UHGV virus genome: UHGV-1361682
Source of the DNA: a virus
Length of the DNA stretch: 47,597 bases
Strand: one strand, 5' to 3'
The notes under the pieces were generated by a model. The model was given only the letters and a program-made list of their open reading frames with translations, did no database searches and was not told where the DNA came from. Position numbers and translations under genes: made by a program. Positions 15,265 to 23,500 of the stretch are shown in pieces; position 1 is the first letter of the stretch, and every line of letters begins with the position of its first letter.

Positions 15265-16272
15265 AATCTCACTAACGTACCGCGTGGAGACACGGCACGT
15301 GTGAAGCTGCTGTTCACCAGCCGGTTCAACGACAGGCTGTGGCTGGACAAACATCGACACGAGATTGGCGATGAGGTCTACCAGTATTGCTTGGAGGGGC
15401 TGGAGGCTGGCGAACCCCGGGGTCGGATGATCGAGATCGACTACTCGGCCCTTGAAGTGGTGGTTCTGGCTGCGTTCAGCAAGGACAAGAACCTGATTGA
15501 CGCTCTGGTCAAGGGTACCGACATGCACTGCATGCGTCTGGCGTCCTCCCTTGGTGAGCCGTACGAGGACGTGCTACGGAAGTGCAAGGACGAGAACGAC
15601 CCTCAGCACGCTGAGTACAAGAAGCTGCGGACCCTAACGAAGCCCAAAGCCTTCCAGTACCAGTACGGGGGCACTGCCTACGGCATGGCGTTCAACCTTG
15701 GATGTACAGTGGAAGAGGCCCAGGAGTTCATTGACAATGAACGGAGGCTGTTCCCCGGGGTTGAGCGCTGGTATGAGCGGAAGGTGTACCCGGAGATCGA
15801 AGGCACTTCGCACACCGTGAAGCTGGCCTACGACGATGGGGAACGCGCTGTGTTCAGGGGCACATGGACCAGCCCTGGCGGCACGGTGTACACCTTCGAG
15901 AAGAGACCCAAGGACGTGTGGATCAACGGCACCAAGACCGTTCAGATGCAGTTCCACACGCCACACATGCGTAACTTCCCGATCCAAGGGGAAGGCAGCT
16001 TCTTCGTCCAAGCCATGGCCGGGGAAGTGATGTGGGCCATCCTGGCCCGCAAGAAATGGCGGAATCTGGTGTACGCGGTCAATCAGGTGCATGACGCCCT
16101 GTACTTCGACACGCTTGACCGACTGGTCACACCTGTGGTAAAAGTAGTGAAGCCGATCATGGAATCCATCCCGGACTTCATGGCGGACTACGGGTACCAA
16201 CTGCCCGTTCCATTCCCGACAGAAGCAGAGGCCGGGGCAAACCTGTTTGAGAAACATCACGTAACCCTGTGA
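15262..16272 (+). CDS. Family-A DNA polymerase, C-terminal part (palm/fingers): motif A DYSALEVVVLA, motif B RTLTKPKAFQYQYGG, motif C QVHDALYFD
   Basis: The ORF begins MNLTNVP, which continues the PNLQNIP motif broken off in the upstream ORF. The conserved Pol I motifs are recognised by eye. Confidence 0.8.
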   Translation: MNLTNVPRGDTARVKLLFTSRFNDRLWLDKHRHEIGDEVYQYCLEGLEAGEPRGRMIEIDYSALEVVVLAAFSKDKNLIDALVKGTDMHCMRLASSLGEPYEDVLRKCKDENDPQHAEYKKLRTLTKPKAFQYQYGGTAYGMAFNLGCTVEEAQEFIDNERRLFPGVERWYERKVYPEIEGTSHTVKLAYDDGERAVFRGTWTSPGGTVYTFEKRPKDVWINGTKTVQMQFHTPHMRNFPIQGEGSFFVQAMAGEVMWAILARKKWRNLVYAVNQVHDALYFDTLDRLVTPVVKVVKPIMESIPDFMADYGYQLPVPFPTEAEAGANLFEKHHVTL

Positions 16273-16282
16273 GGACACGACA

Positions 16283-17191
16283 ATGGCACTGAACAAAGCA
16301 CTGCTCGCCCAACTGGCCGCCAACACCGAAGGCGTTGACCAAACCGTTGCCACCCAGAACGAAGGTGGTAACTTCAGCGTACCCCCGGGCCGGGCATTCG
16401 TCCGTTGCAACGGGTACATCGAGCTGGGCACCCAGATGCGCCAGGACTTCAACACCAAACAGCAGAAGCCGGTGGATAACCAGTTCGTCTGGACGTTCGA
16501 GGTGTTCCCGCTGTCCAAGAAGGCGGACCCGGCACAGTTTGTCAACGCCGACGGATCCCCGAAGGAAGAGAGGACCTTCATGCTGAAGATCAGCACCGGC
16601 GCCAAGTCCACTGCCTTCAAGGCGTTCAGCAAGCTGCGCAACGACGACCAGAAGGCGTTCCCGGAGCTGATCGGCAACCCGTACATCGCGAACTTCCTGC
16701 AGTCCGACAAGGACCCCAAAGCCGGTCAGTTCCGACTGGACGAGGTTGGCCCGGCCATCAACCCGATCACCGACGAGCCGTACGATGTTCCCGAGATGGT
16801 GAACATCCGGTACTTCAGCTGGCAGAAGCCCAGCATCGAGCAGTGGGAATCGCTGTACAACAGCACGAAGGAAGGCCCGGTTCTGTCGTACTCGCAACGG
16901 CTGATTCTCGGTGCTGTGAACTTCGAAGGTTCCCCTGCTGAGCACATGCTGAAGCAGGCAGGCATCCTTGAGAAGGTACAGGCAGAAGCAGCTGCCGCTG
17001 CTGCCCGGAAGGCACAGAAGGCTGCTGGCGATGCCCCCCGCCTGGCCCTGCCGGAAGGCGAGGATGCTGAGGCTGAGATGATCCAGCACGAGGATGAGGA
17101 GGTGAAGGCTGCTGTGGTTAAGAAGGCTGCCTCAGCTCTCCCGAAGGTTCCGAAACGCATGCTGGCTGTACCTGAAGATGACGAAGAGTGA
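16283..17191 (+). CDS. Hypothetical protein, 302 aa, with an Ala/Lys-rich segment and a strongly acidic C-terminal tail (...PEDDEE). Possible ssDNA-binding or recombination protein; function not assignable.
   Basis: ORF track. GAGGA is 6 nt upstream of the ATG. It lies in the replication module between the polymerase and the exonuclease. Confidence 0.5.
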   Translation: MALNKALLAQLAANTEGVDQTVATQNEGGNFSVPPGRAFVRCNGYIELGTQMRQDFNTKQQKPVDNQFVWTFEVFPLSKKADPAQFVNADGSPKEERTFMLKISTGAKSTAFKAFSKLRNDDQKAFPELIGNPYIANFLQSDKDPKAGQFRLDEVGPAINPITDEPYDVPEMVNIRYFSWQKPSIEQWESLYNSTKEGPVLSYSQRLILGAVNFEGSPAEHMLKQAGILEKVQAEAAAAAARKAQKAAGDAPRLALPEGEDAEAEMIQHEDEEVKAAVVKKAASALPKVPKRMLAVPEDDEE

Positions 17192-18071
17192 CCTGCTCAA
17201 GCAGATCGCCGAGTACGAGGGTCCGGGTATCGTCCCGGACCAGGTGCCAGGCCGGGTCTTGATCCTCGATGGTGATGGGCTGTGCTACGACGCCGCATAC
17301 ACCGTCGAGACACTTGATGCTGGAATCCTGCACATCCAGTCGGCGGTGGCCAGTCTGATGCGAATGACTGGCTGCACCAGTGCCCGGGTCCACCTGACTG
17401 CCAAGGACAGCAAGAAGGCAGGCAGGCTTGAAATCCGGGCCTACAAGCCCTATCAGGCCCACCGTAAGGGGAAGCCAAAGCCCCCCTTGCTAGAGCCGCT
17501 CAAGGAGGCCATTACGGGCCTGCAAACGGCATCCACTGCTGTGTCGTACCACCTGCACCATGATGTCGAGGCGGATGATGCGATCGTCATGGATTCGGAG
17601 CGTCTCGGACAGCAGGGTTTGGTTGCCTCTGTGGACAAAGACCTGCGTCAAGTCCGTGGCCCATACCTGGACATGAGCACCTTCGAGATCGACAATGGTG
17701 CAGGGCCTGGGTGGTTGAAGCTGGAGCGGACATCTGCCGGGGCCTGGAAGCTGATCGGCCGTGGGATGGTGTTCTTCTGGGCGCAGATGCTGATGGGCGA
17801 CCAGGCAGACAACATCCAGGGCCTGGCCCCGGCACCCGGCAAGACGCGTGCCTGTGGCCCTGCCAAGGCGTTCAAGCTGCTGGAAGCGGCCAACGAGGCT
17901 GATGCTGTACGGATCGTGCTGGAGTGTTACCGGGAGATTGGCCAAGACCCACTGCCCGAAGCCCAGCTGCTGTACCTTCTCAGACATCCTGATGACAACG
18001 TTTTGGAGTACCTGAATGGACTCGACCTTCCCCCAGAACTCAAACGATACCTCGAAGACTGCGGGGCCTGA
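17178..18071 (+). CDS. 5'-3' exonuclease / flap endonuclease (T7 gene 6-like, FEN family), 297 aa
   Basis: The N-terminal LILDGDGLCYDAAY metal-binding motif is typical of T7 gp6 and Pol I 5' nucleases. Its position after the DNA polymerase fits phiKMV order. Confidence 0.7.
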   Translation: MTKSDLLKQIAEYEGPGIVPDQVPGRVLILDGDGLCYDAAYTVETLDAGILHIQSAVASLMRMTGCTSARVHLTAKDSKKAGRLEIRAYKPYQAHRKGKPKPPLLEPLKEAITGLQTASTAVSYHLHHDVEADDAIVMDSERLGQQGLVASVDKDLRQVRGPYLDMSTFEIDNGAGPGWLKLERTSAGAWKLIGRGMVFFWAQMLMGDQADNIQGLAPAPGKTRACGPAKAFKLLEAANEADAVRIVLECYREIGQDPLPEAQLLYLLRHPDDNVLEYLNGLDLPPELKRYLEDCGA

Positions 18072-18261
18072 GACTGGTACACCGGCGCGTAGCTTCCTGG
18101 ACCTGTCCGGTGTGACTCAGTGCGCTGTGGAGTACCAGCAGGCTGTGCAGGAGCTGGCCCACGCAGTGAAGTGGTGCGCTGAGCGGATGAGCTACGGGGA
18201 TTCCCCAGAAGCTGCAGCTGAGGCGTACATCGAGATGTTCGCAGTGAGGAGTCAGGAATGA
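18016..18261 (+). CDS. Hypothetical protein, 81 aa
   Basis: ORF track. GGAG is 8 nt upstream. It overlaps the end of the exonuclease gene. Confidence 0.4.
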   Translation: MDSTFPQNSNDTSKTAGPETGTPARSFLDLSGVTQCAVEYQQAVQELAHAVKWCAERMSYGDSPEAAAEAYIEMFAVRSQE

Positions 18262-18767
18262 CAGACGAGACTCCCAAGAGGCGTATCAAGCTGCCCCGCA
18301 GCCAGATGGAATCGTTTCAGCGAAAGCTGTGGATCGAGCAGGGTAAGCTGTGCGCCATCTGCCAGAAGCCCATTGACCTGTCGGTGAAAGGAGAGGGTGT
18401 GTTGGACCATGACCACGACTCAGGGTGGATCAGGGGTCTTCTGCACCGGTCCTGCAACGCTGCGGAGGGAAAGGTGGCCAACGCCGCTGCCCAATGGGGC
18501 GCCAAGGCCACCGACTACCCAAGCATCATCAAGTGGCTGACGCAGCTGTTGGCCTACTACGACAAACCCCATCAGAAGTTCATCTACCCGTACCACGAGG
18601 ACAAAGACAATGAAGGCCGTTCAGCACGCAAGACGCGCACTCGCCAAAACTCGGCAGCTTCCCGTGCCCGAAAACTTCTGGCCCAGCGTCGTGCACGACG
18701 GGCCGAAGATTCTGGTGCTGGACATCGAGACGAGCCCGATGCTGGGCATGACGTTCGGGATGTATGA
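18258..18767 (+). CDS. Endonuclease VII-like Holliday-junction resolvase (T4 gp49 family): CxxC...DHDHDSGWIRGLLHRSCNAAEG
   Basis: The zinc-binding CAICQ motif and the DHDH..RGLL..CN..EG catalytic signature match T4 endo VII. GAGGAG RBS is present. The last ~50 aa are low-complexity and overlap the next gene. Confidence 0.7.
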   Translation: MTDETPKRRIKLPRSQMESFQRKLWIEQGKLCAICQKPIDLSVKGEGVLDHDHDSGWIRGLLHRSCNAAEGKVANAAAQWGAKATDYPSIIKWLTQLLAYYDKPHQKFIYPYHEDKDNEGRSARKTRTRQNSAASRARKLLAQRRARRAEDSGAGHRDEPDAGHDVRDV

Positions 18768-19473
18768 CCAGTCCCTGTCACTGAAGCATGTGCTGCAGCA
18801 CTCTGGCATCATCAGCTACTGCGGCATGTGGCTGCACGACGGCAAGCCCTTCTACCAAGACCTGCGAGATCGTGACCCCTACGATGACAAGGAGCTGGTC
18901 GAGCAGCTGTACACACTTCTGGACACCTGCGATGTCCTGGTGACGATCAACGGCAAGAAGTTCGATGTCCGGAAGATTCACTACCGGTGCATTGCCCATG
19001 GCCTGGGCCGGCCCAGCAACTACCAGCACTGCGACGCACAGCGCCTGTCCCGGACCTACAGCATGCCGGACAGCCACAAGCTGGAGCACATCTCCAAGAT
19101 TTACGGACACAGCCACAAGGAAGGCCATGGGAAGTTCCCAGGCATCGAGCTGTGGCGTGAGTGCCTTCAAGGCAACATCGAAGCCTGGAAGGAGATGGAG
19201 ACGTACAACAAGCAGGACGTCGTAGCCACGGCTGAGGTGTACAAGAAGATTCGGGGCTGGGGCTACCCCGGTGTGGACCTGTCCAAGTTCTACGCAGACC
19301 AGAAGCGTTGCCCGCACTGCGGTGGTCAGCAGGTCCAGCGCATCCCCGGTGATGTGCACATGCAGGTCAACAGCTACAGACAGTACCGCTGCATGGGATG
19401 CCAAGGCATCCTTCGCGGCAATCGTTCCATTGCAAGCAACAAAGAGGATACCGGATATGTCCGCATCGTATGA
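18610..19473 (+). CDS. DEDD-family (RNase H-like) 3'-5' exonuclease with a C-terminal zinc ribbon (CPHCGG...CMGCQG), 287 aa
   Basis: Contains LVLDIETSP (exo motif I) and YNKQDVVAT (motif III). A strong RBS, GAGGA, is 8 nt upstream of ATG 18610. Its first 158 nt overlap the endo VII ORF in another frame. Confidence 0.6.
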   Translation: MKAVQHARRALAKTRQLPVPENFWPSVVHDGPKILVLDIETSPMLGMTFGMYDQSLSLKHVLQHSGIISYCGMWLHDGKPFYQDLRDRDPYDDKELVEQLYTLLDTCDVLVTINGKKFDVRKIHYRCIAHGLGRPSNYQHCDAQRLSRTYSMPDSHKLEHISKIYGHSHKEGHGKFPGIELWRECLQGNIEAWKEMETYNKQDVVATAEVYKKIRGWGYPGVDLSKFYADQKRCPHCGGQQVQRIPGDVHMQVNSYRQYRCMGCQGILRGNRSIASNKEDTGYVRIV

Positions 19474-19672
19474 TCGCAAGTGGGAAGACATCTTCTACGA
19501 CGAGCTGGCCGTGTGCGCTGAGACTGGCGCAGTCGGGCTCATGAAAGAACGGTACCACAGGCGGAAGCAGGCATTCGCTGAGCTATGGGCCGGGTCCGAC
19601 CACTGGGATGTGGTCAAGGCCAAGCTGGACCGCATCTACCGGGAAGTCAAGCAAGACTACAGGATCGAGTGA
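19457..19672 (+). CDS. Hypothetical protein, 71 aa
   Basis: In frame in track ORF 19271..19672. AAAGAGGA is upstream of ATG 19457. Its stop overlaps the RNAP start (ATGA). Confidence 0.45.
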   Translation: MSASYDRKWEDIFYDELAVCAETGAVGLMKERYHRRKQAFAELWAGSDHWDVVKAKLDRIYREVKQDYRIE

Positions 19673-22152
19673 TGAACTTCGATGAACTGCGAGCAGCAGA
19701 GCGGGTTCGTGAGATTACAACAGACCACGAAGCCCGCACGAAGGCATTGGAGAAGCTCAGCTCCGACATGGATGCAGGCCGGTCGAACTACGGCGCTGCC
19801 CGTGTCTGGCTGGCCGTGCACCACAGCACGGTGCTGGAAGCCCTGAAGGTGGTGTTCCAGGACATTGGCCGACGGGACTGGCGGTACCGTCTGTACGAGC
19901 GTATCGGCCTCTCTGAAGTGGCTGCCATCGCCATGACCACCCTTCTGGAAGTCACCGTCCCCCACGGTGGTAGCCATACCCTGGCTGGGTACCTGGTCAG
20001 GACTGGCCGGAACATCCAGGACGAGGAGAACGTCGGCCTGTACCGCGAAGCGTTCCCACTCGACTTCGAAGACTCTGCAGAGCAGTCCCGTGTCGGTCGG
20101 AACATGGTGATGAAGGATGCCCAGAAGAAGCTGGGCTCGATGCTCTCCAGCCGGTCTTCCAAGGAGCTGGCCCAGCTGGGGTTCTGGTGCTACGTGGCCA
20201 TGGACAGCTGCGGGCTCCTGCGTACCCTGAAATACCCCCGTAAAGCCACGAGAGTGGCCCTTGAAGGCGATGTCCTGCAGTTCCTGGGTGATTACCTCGA
20301 CAGTGATCTGGATCGCGTCTGGAACCGCCAGGAGAGCCGGATGCTGGCGCCGCCTGACCCATGGACGAACAGCATGGACGGTGGTTACCTGACGCCGAAC
20401 CGCAAGGCACAGGCCCCACTGCTGAAGCTCCACAGTGTCCGTAAGAGCCTGCGTGAGGAGTGGGGCCAGAACTGGTCAGCCCAACGGATGCCGAAGGTGT
20501 TCGCTGCAGTGAACTACCTGCAGTCCACTCCCTTCACAATCCATGAGCCCACCAGGAAGGCCATAACGGCCCTCTGGGACGCTGGAGGTGGTACCCTGGG
20601 TGTTCCCCTTACCCGACCCCCGATCGAGCCGCCATGGCCCTGGGAAGGGGCGCAGCGGCCGGATACGGATGAGGCGAATGCGCTGTTCCATGAATGGAAG
20701 GTCAAGAAGGCGAAATGGCACGTCCAACACGCCGAATGGCTGCAGCGTGTTCGTGAGGTAGGCGGACTGATCCAGGCCACCCGGGACATCGGAAAGCCGA
20801 TCTGGTTCCCCATGTACCTTGACTACCGGGGTCGAATGTACTACCGGGGCATCCCCAATCCCCAAGGCACGGACATGGCCAAAGGCGCCATCCACTTCTG
20901 GGAGAAGAAGCCCCTTGGTAAGCGTGGTGTGTATTGGCTGAAGGTGCACATCGCCAACAGCTACGGATACGACAAGGCCCGGAACGATGATCGGGCAAGG
21001 TGGACTGATGAGCACTGGAACGACATTGAACGGGCTCTTGATTGCCCAGCCGATGCTCCCGAAGTTTTCGGGGATGCGCCTTGGCAAATGTTCTCTGCGG
21101 CTTGGGAACTCCGGGAAGCCTACCGCTCCGGAGACCCCGAAAGCTACCTCTGCGGAGTCCCCTGCGGCGGTGATGCCACATGCAGTGGCTTGCAGCACTA
21201 CTCAGCCATACTCCTCGACGAGCACGGGGGGCCTATGGTCAACCTGGACAACGGTGACGGACTTGGGAACAAGGCCGACATCTACACCGGAGTCAGAGAC
21301 TGGGCCGTACGTGCTCTAGAATCCGACTACAGCCCCGTAGAGCGTTCGGACGATGGGACTGGTGTCATCACCCTACCCAGCGGAGAAATCGTCTCTAAAG
21401 ACCTGTACGAGTCTCGTAGGGCCACTGCCACGTGGTGGCTTGGGCGGGACATCACTCGGAGCATGGCGAAGAAGCCTGTGATGACCTACTCATACTCGGC
21501 AACCACCCGATCCGCCGGTGAGCATGTCTTCAACGAGCTGGTCGAGGAGTTCAAGAAGACTGGCGGGCAGTTCCGGATGAAGGGTGAAGGTTTCCGGGAC
21601 AGTCTGTTCCTGGGCCGGTACCTGTTCCGTGGGGTTGAGTCGAAGTTCCCTGGTGCAGCCCGGGCCATGGACTGGCTGAAGGGGCTGGTGAAGTCCTGCG
21701 GGGACAAGCCCACCAGCTGGACCACACCGTCAGGCTTCATGGTCTACCAGGATGTCCGGAAGGACAAAGCGGAGCAGCTCAGGCTGTACGCCAGACAGGA
21801 GCTGTTCAAGGTGGTTGTCCAAGGGGCGGTAGACGAGACCGATCCCCATGGCACGGAGATGGCCATGGCCCCCAACGTCATCCACAGCCTGGATGCCAGC
21901 CACCAGGTGCTGACGATCCACCGGATGATCGAGCAGGGGCTGAGCTTCATGGGCGTCCATGACTGCTTCTATACCCATGCTGGTGACATGGACTACATGC
22001 ACCGGGTACTGCGTGAGGAGTTTGTGGCCATGTACTCGGGCGACTTCCTGCGCCAACTCCGGGACCAGCTGAACCCGGAGTACGAAGACCCTCCGGAGCA
22101 AGGCGGCTTCGATCTTGGCCAAGTCTTGGATTCGGAGTTCTTCTTCTGCTGA
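19672..22152 (+). CDS. Single-subunit DNA-dependent RNA polymerase (T7 gene 1 family), 826 aa
   Basis: Motif A-like DATCSGLQHYSAIL (T7 DGSCSGIQHYSAML), motif B-like RSMAKKPVMTYSYS, motif C VHDCFYTH (T7 IHDSFGT), and C-terminus ...SEFFFC (T7 ...SDFAFA). The track ORF is longer (from 19585), but the start is set at ATG 19672, overlapping the previous stop. Confidence 0.9.
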   Translation: MNFDELRAAERVREITTDHEARTKALEKLSSDMDAGRSNYGAARVWLAVHHSTVLEALKVVFQDIGRRDWRYRLYERIGLSEVAAIAMTTLLEVTVPHGGSHTLAGYLVRTGRNIQDEENVGLYREAFPLDFEDSAEQSRVGRNMVMKDAQKKLGSMLSSRSSKELAQLGFWCYVAMDSCGLLRTLKYPRKATRVALEGDVLQFLGDYLDSDLDRVWNRQESRMLAPPDPWTNSMDGGYLTPNRKAQAPLLKLHSVRKSLREEWGQNWSAQRMPKVFAAVNYLQSTPFTIHEPTRKAITALWDAGGGTLGVPLTRPPIEPPWPWEGAQRPDTDEANALFHEWKVKKAKWHVQHAEWLQRVREVGGLIQATRDIGKPIWFPMYLDYRGRMYYRGIPNPQGTDMAKGAIHFWEKKPLGKRGVYWLKVHIANSYGYDKARNDDRARWTDEHWNDIERALDCPADAPEVFGDAPWQMFSAAWELREAYRSGDPESYLCGVPCGGDATCSGLQHYSAILLDEHGGPMVNLDNGDGLGNKADIYTGVRDWAVRALESDYSPVERSDDGTGVITLPSGEIVSKDLYESRRATATWWLGRDITRSMAKKPVMTYSYSATTRSAGEHVFNELVEEFKKTGGQFRMKGEGFRDSLFLGRYLFRGVESKFPGAARAMDWLKGLVKSCGDKPTSWTTPSGFMVYQDVRKDKAEQLRLYARQELFKVVVQGAVDETDPHGTEMAMAPNVIHSLDASHQVLTIHRMIEQGLSFMGVHDCFYTHAGDMDYMHRVLREEFVAMYSGDFLRQLRDQLNPEYEDPPEQGGFDLGQVLDSEFFFC

Positions 22153-22156
22153 CACA

Positions 22157-22200
22157 AGGCCCATCTGGGGTTCAGGCCCCGGGTGGGCCTTTGTCGTTTG
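22157..22200 (+). terminator. Rho-independent-type terminator after the RNAP gene
   Basis: AGGCCCATCTGGGG-ttcag-CCCCGGGTGGGCCT forms a 14-bp stem (two G-U pairs in RNA), followed by TTTGTCGTTTG. Confidence 0.55.
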
Positions 22201-22216
22201 CGTGGTCCAAACTGGA

Positions 22217-22238
22217 TGCCCACTAGTAGGAGAAGAAA
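22217..22238 (+). promoter_or_regulatory. Phage-RNAP promoter candidate P1: TGCCCACTAGTAGGAGAAGAAA
   Basis: A 22-mer that recurs at 22294 and 23035. CACTAGTAGGAGA resembles the T7 promoter core CACTATAGGGAGA. No ORF follows it, so it is not an RBS. Confidence 0.55.
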
Positions 22239-22293
22239 TCCGATTCCAATCCTTCACTGATCATCCACCTGTGGCTTCACAGCCACAAGTAGG

Positions 22294-22315
22294 TGCCCAG
22301 TAGTAGGAGAAGAAA
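22294..22315 (+). promoter_or_regulatory. Phage-RNAP promoter candidate P2: TGCCCAGTAGTAGGAGAAGAAA
   Basis: Matches P1 at 21 of 22 positions, 77 bp downstream of it. This gives a tandem pair immediately after the RNAP gene. Confidence 0.55.
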
Positions 22316-22339
22316 CCATCTCGGAACTGTTCAACGTTG

Positions 22340-23034
22340 TAGCGTTTCGGCGCCAGACGCGTTGGGCAGGGGTTCGCCCCCCTGATCCTCCCCGCCTTTG
22401 ACCGTTCGGCCCCCATACCGGTCTTAGGCCCAGTCCCAGCGATAGCTCACCTTATCCGCACGTGGTGTATGTGTTGATGATGTATGCTGTTGTACCGGTT
22501 CAGACCCGGTGCCTCCTGGTGTTGACCTCCTGTCCTTCTCTATCAGACCCAATCCCGGGTTCTGGATTGAAGAGTACCCATAGGGTGCTTGTACAGGGTG
22601 GTACTGTCCTTGTGGACGGTTAAGACATAGCCAGGTGGTAAGGATAGATCACCTATCAGGTGCTCATCAGTGTTGTTCTCTTCTGTACGGTGTTGTACCA
22701 GTACAGCACTATCCTTGTGTCTATGCTCTTGTAGGCATACACAAGGATAGTGTTTGTATTGTTATATACCACAGCGGAAAGGATAGACTGAGCGGGTTCT
22801 GGTACGGGGAAGGAAGGGGGCGCGTTTTATATATATATAGAGGGGTCTGAAGACAAGCGCTAAGTGCTTGATTTTAAGGGGTTTTTTCTGTCAAAAATGG
22901 TGTCTTGCTCAGAGCTCGCACAGATTGTGAAGATTGTAACAGCGTCTAAGTACTTGATTCCATTGAAGATTTCGCATTGTGGAACAGGATCGGGTGCTGG
23001 TGTCCATCCTAGCCAAGGATCATGCCAAACTGGG
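22340..23034. other. Candidate primary replication origin and control region: low-GC noncoding DNA with AAGGATAG repeats, a 13-bp perfect inverted repeat, a (TA)n tract and an 85-bp-spaced direct repeat
   Basis: No convincing ORF. AAGGATAG occurs at 22640, 22743 and 22779, with inverted copies near 22710. TTTTATATATATATAG lies at 22826-22840. AGCGCTAAGTGCTTGATT (22857) and AGCGTCTAAGTACTTGATT (22941) are near-repeats. The position matches the T7 origin, which lies downstream of gene 1 behind tandem promoters. Confidence 0.45.
22707..22752. repeat. Perfect 13-bp inverted repeat CACTATCCTTGTG ... CACAAGGATAGTG separated by 20 bp (cruciform/hairpin-capable)
   Basis: Read directly from the sequence: arms at 22707-22719 and 22740-22752. 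The spacer contains the smaller palindrome TATGC..GCATA. Confidence 0.8.
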
Positions 23035-23055
23035 TGCCCAGTAGTAGGAAGAGGA
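23035..23055 (+). promoter_or_regulatory. Phage-RNAP promoter candidate P3: TGCCCAGTAGTAGGAAGAGGA, 10 bp upstream of the first post-RNAP gene
   Basis: The first 16 nt are identical to P2. The 3' part doubles as the SD for ATG 23066. Confidence 0.5.
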
Positions 23056-23065
23056 CCCCATCCCG

Positions 23066-23500
23066 ATGAACCTGAACTACCACTACAACTCCCCCGAATG
23101 GCTGACCCTGACAGGGATAGCCTGCAACCTACTGACTGAGGCGAGAAGCCGGTACCCGAGGTGGGCAGAGTCATGGACCGATGACGAGCACTGCCAGTAC
23201 CTCGAAGCACTCCTGCTGGAAGACTGTGACCAATGGGTGCTTGTGGCTGTGGATGACAAGACTGAGGAAGTCACGTCCATGGCTATCGTGACCAAAGACA
23301 TCGATGCCCATGTGGGGCACTGCTTCAGTGTCCTTGCGAACTTCAACCGGACCGACGCTGTGGACACACGCTTCCAGCGGTACGTCCACCGGTTCGTTCA
23401 GCGACTGTCCCGGGATGCGCAGCGTCCCTACTACTGCTACACACACATGCTCCCTGATGGGTCTGGGTGTGTGACCAAACACATGAAGGTACCCTCATGA
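23066..23500 (+). CDS. Hypothetical protein, 144 aa
   Basis: ORF track. It is immediately downstream of P3. Confidence 0.55.
   Translation: MNLNYHYNSPEWLTLTGIACNLLTEARSRYPRWAESWTDDEHCQYLEALLLEDCDQWVLVAVDDKTEEVTSMAIVTKDIDAHVGHCFSVLANFNRTDAVDTRFQRYVHRFVQRLSRDAQRPYYCYTHMLPDGSGCVTKHMKVPS

Noticed and set aside
19585-19671. N-terminal extension of the RNAP ORF (track start 19585)
   Set aside because: It overlaps the upstream small gene. ATG 19672 overlaps that gene's stop (ATGA), and the conserved RNAP N-terminus begins there.
22635-23139. Small + strand ORFs (22635-22850, 22864-23139) and minus-strand ORF 22860-23210 inside the post-RNAP noncoding region
   Set aside because: The region is low-GC and repeat-rich, with promoter and iteron elements. 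The ORFs lack RBSs, and one overlaps promoter P3 and gene 23066. They are more parsimonious as noncoding origin or promoter DNA.
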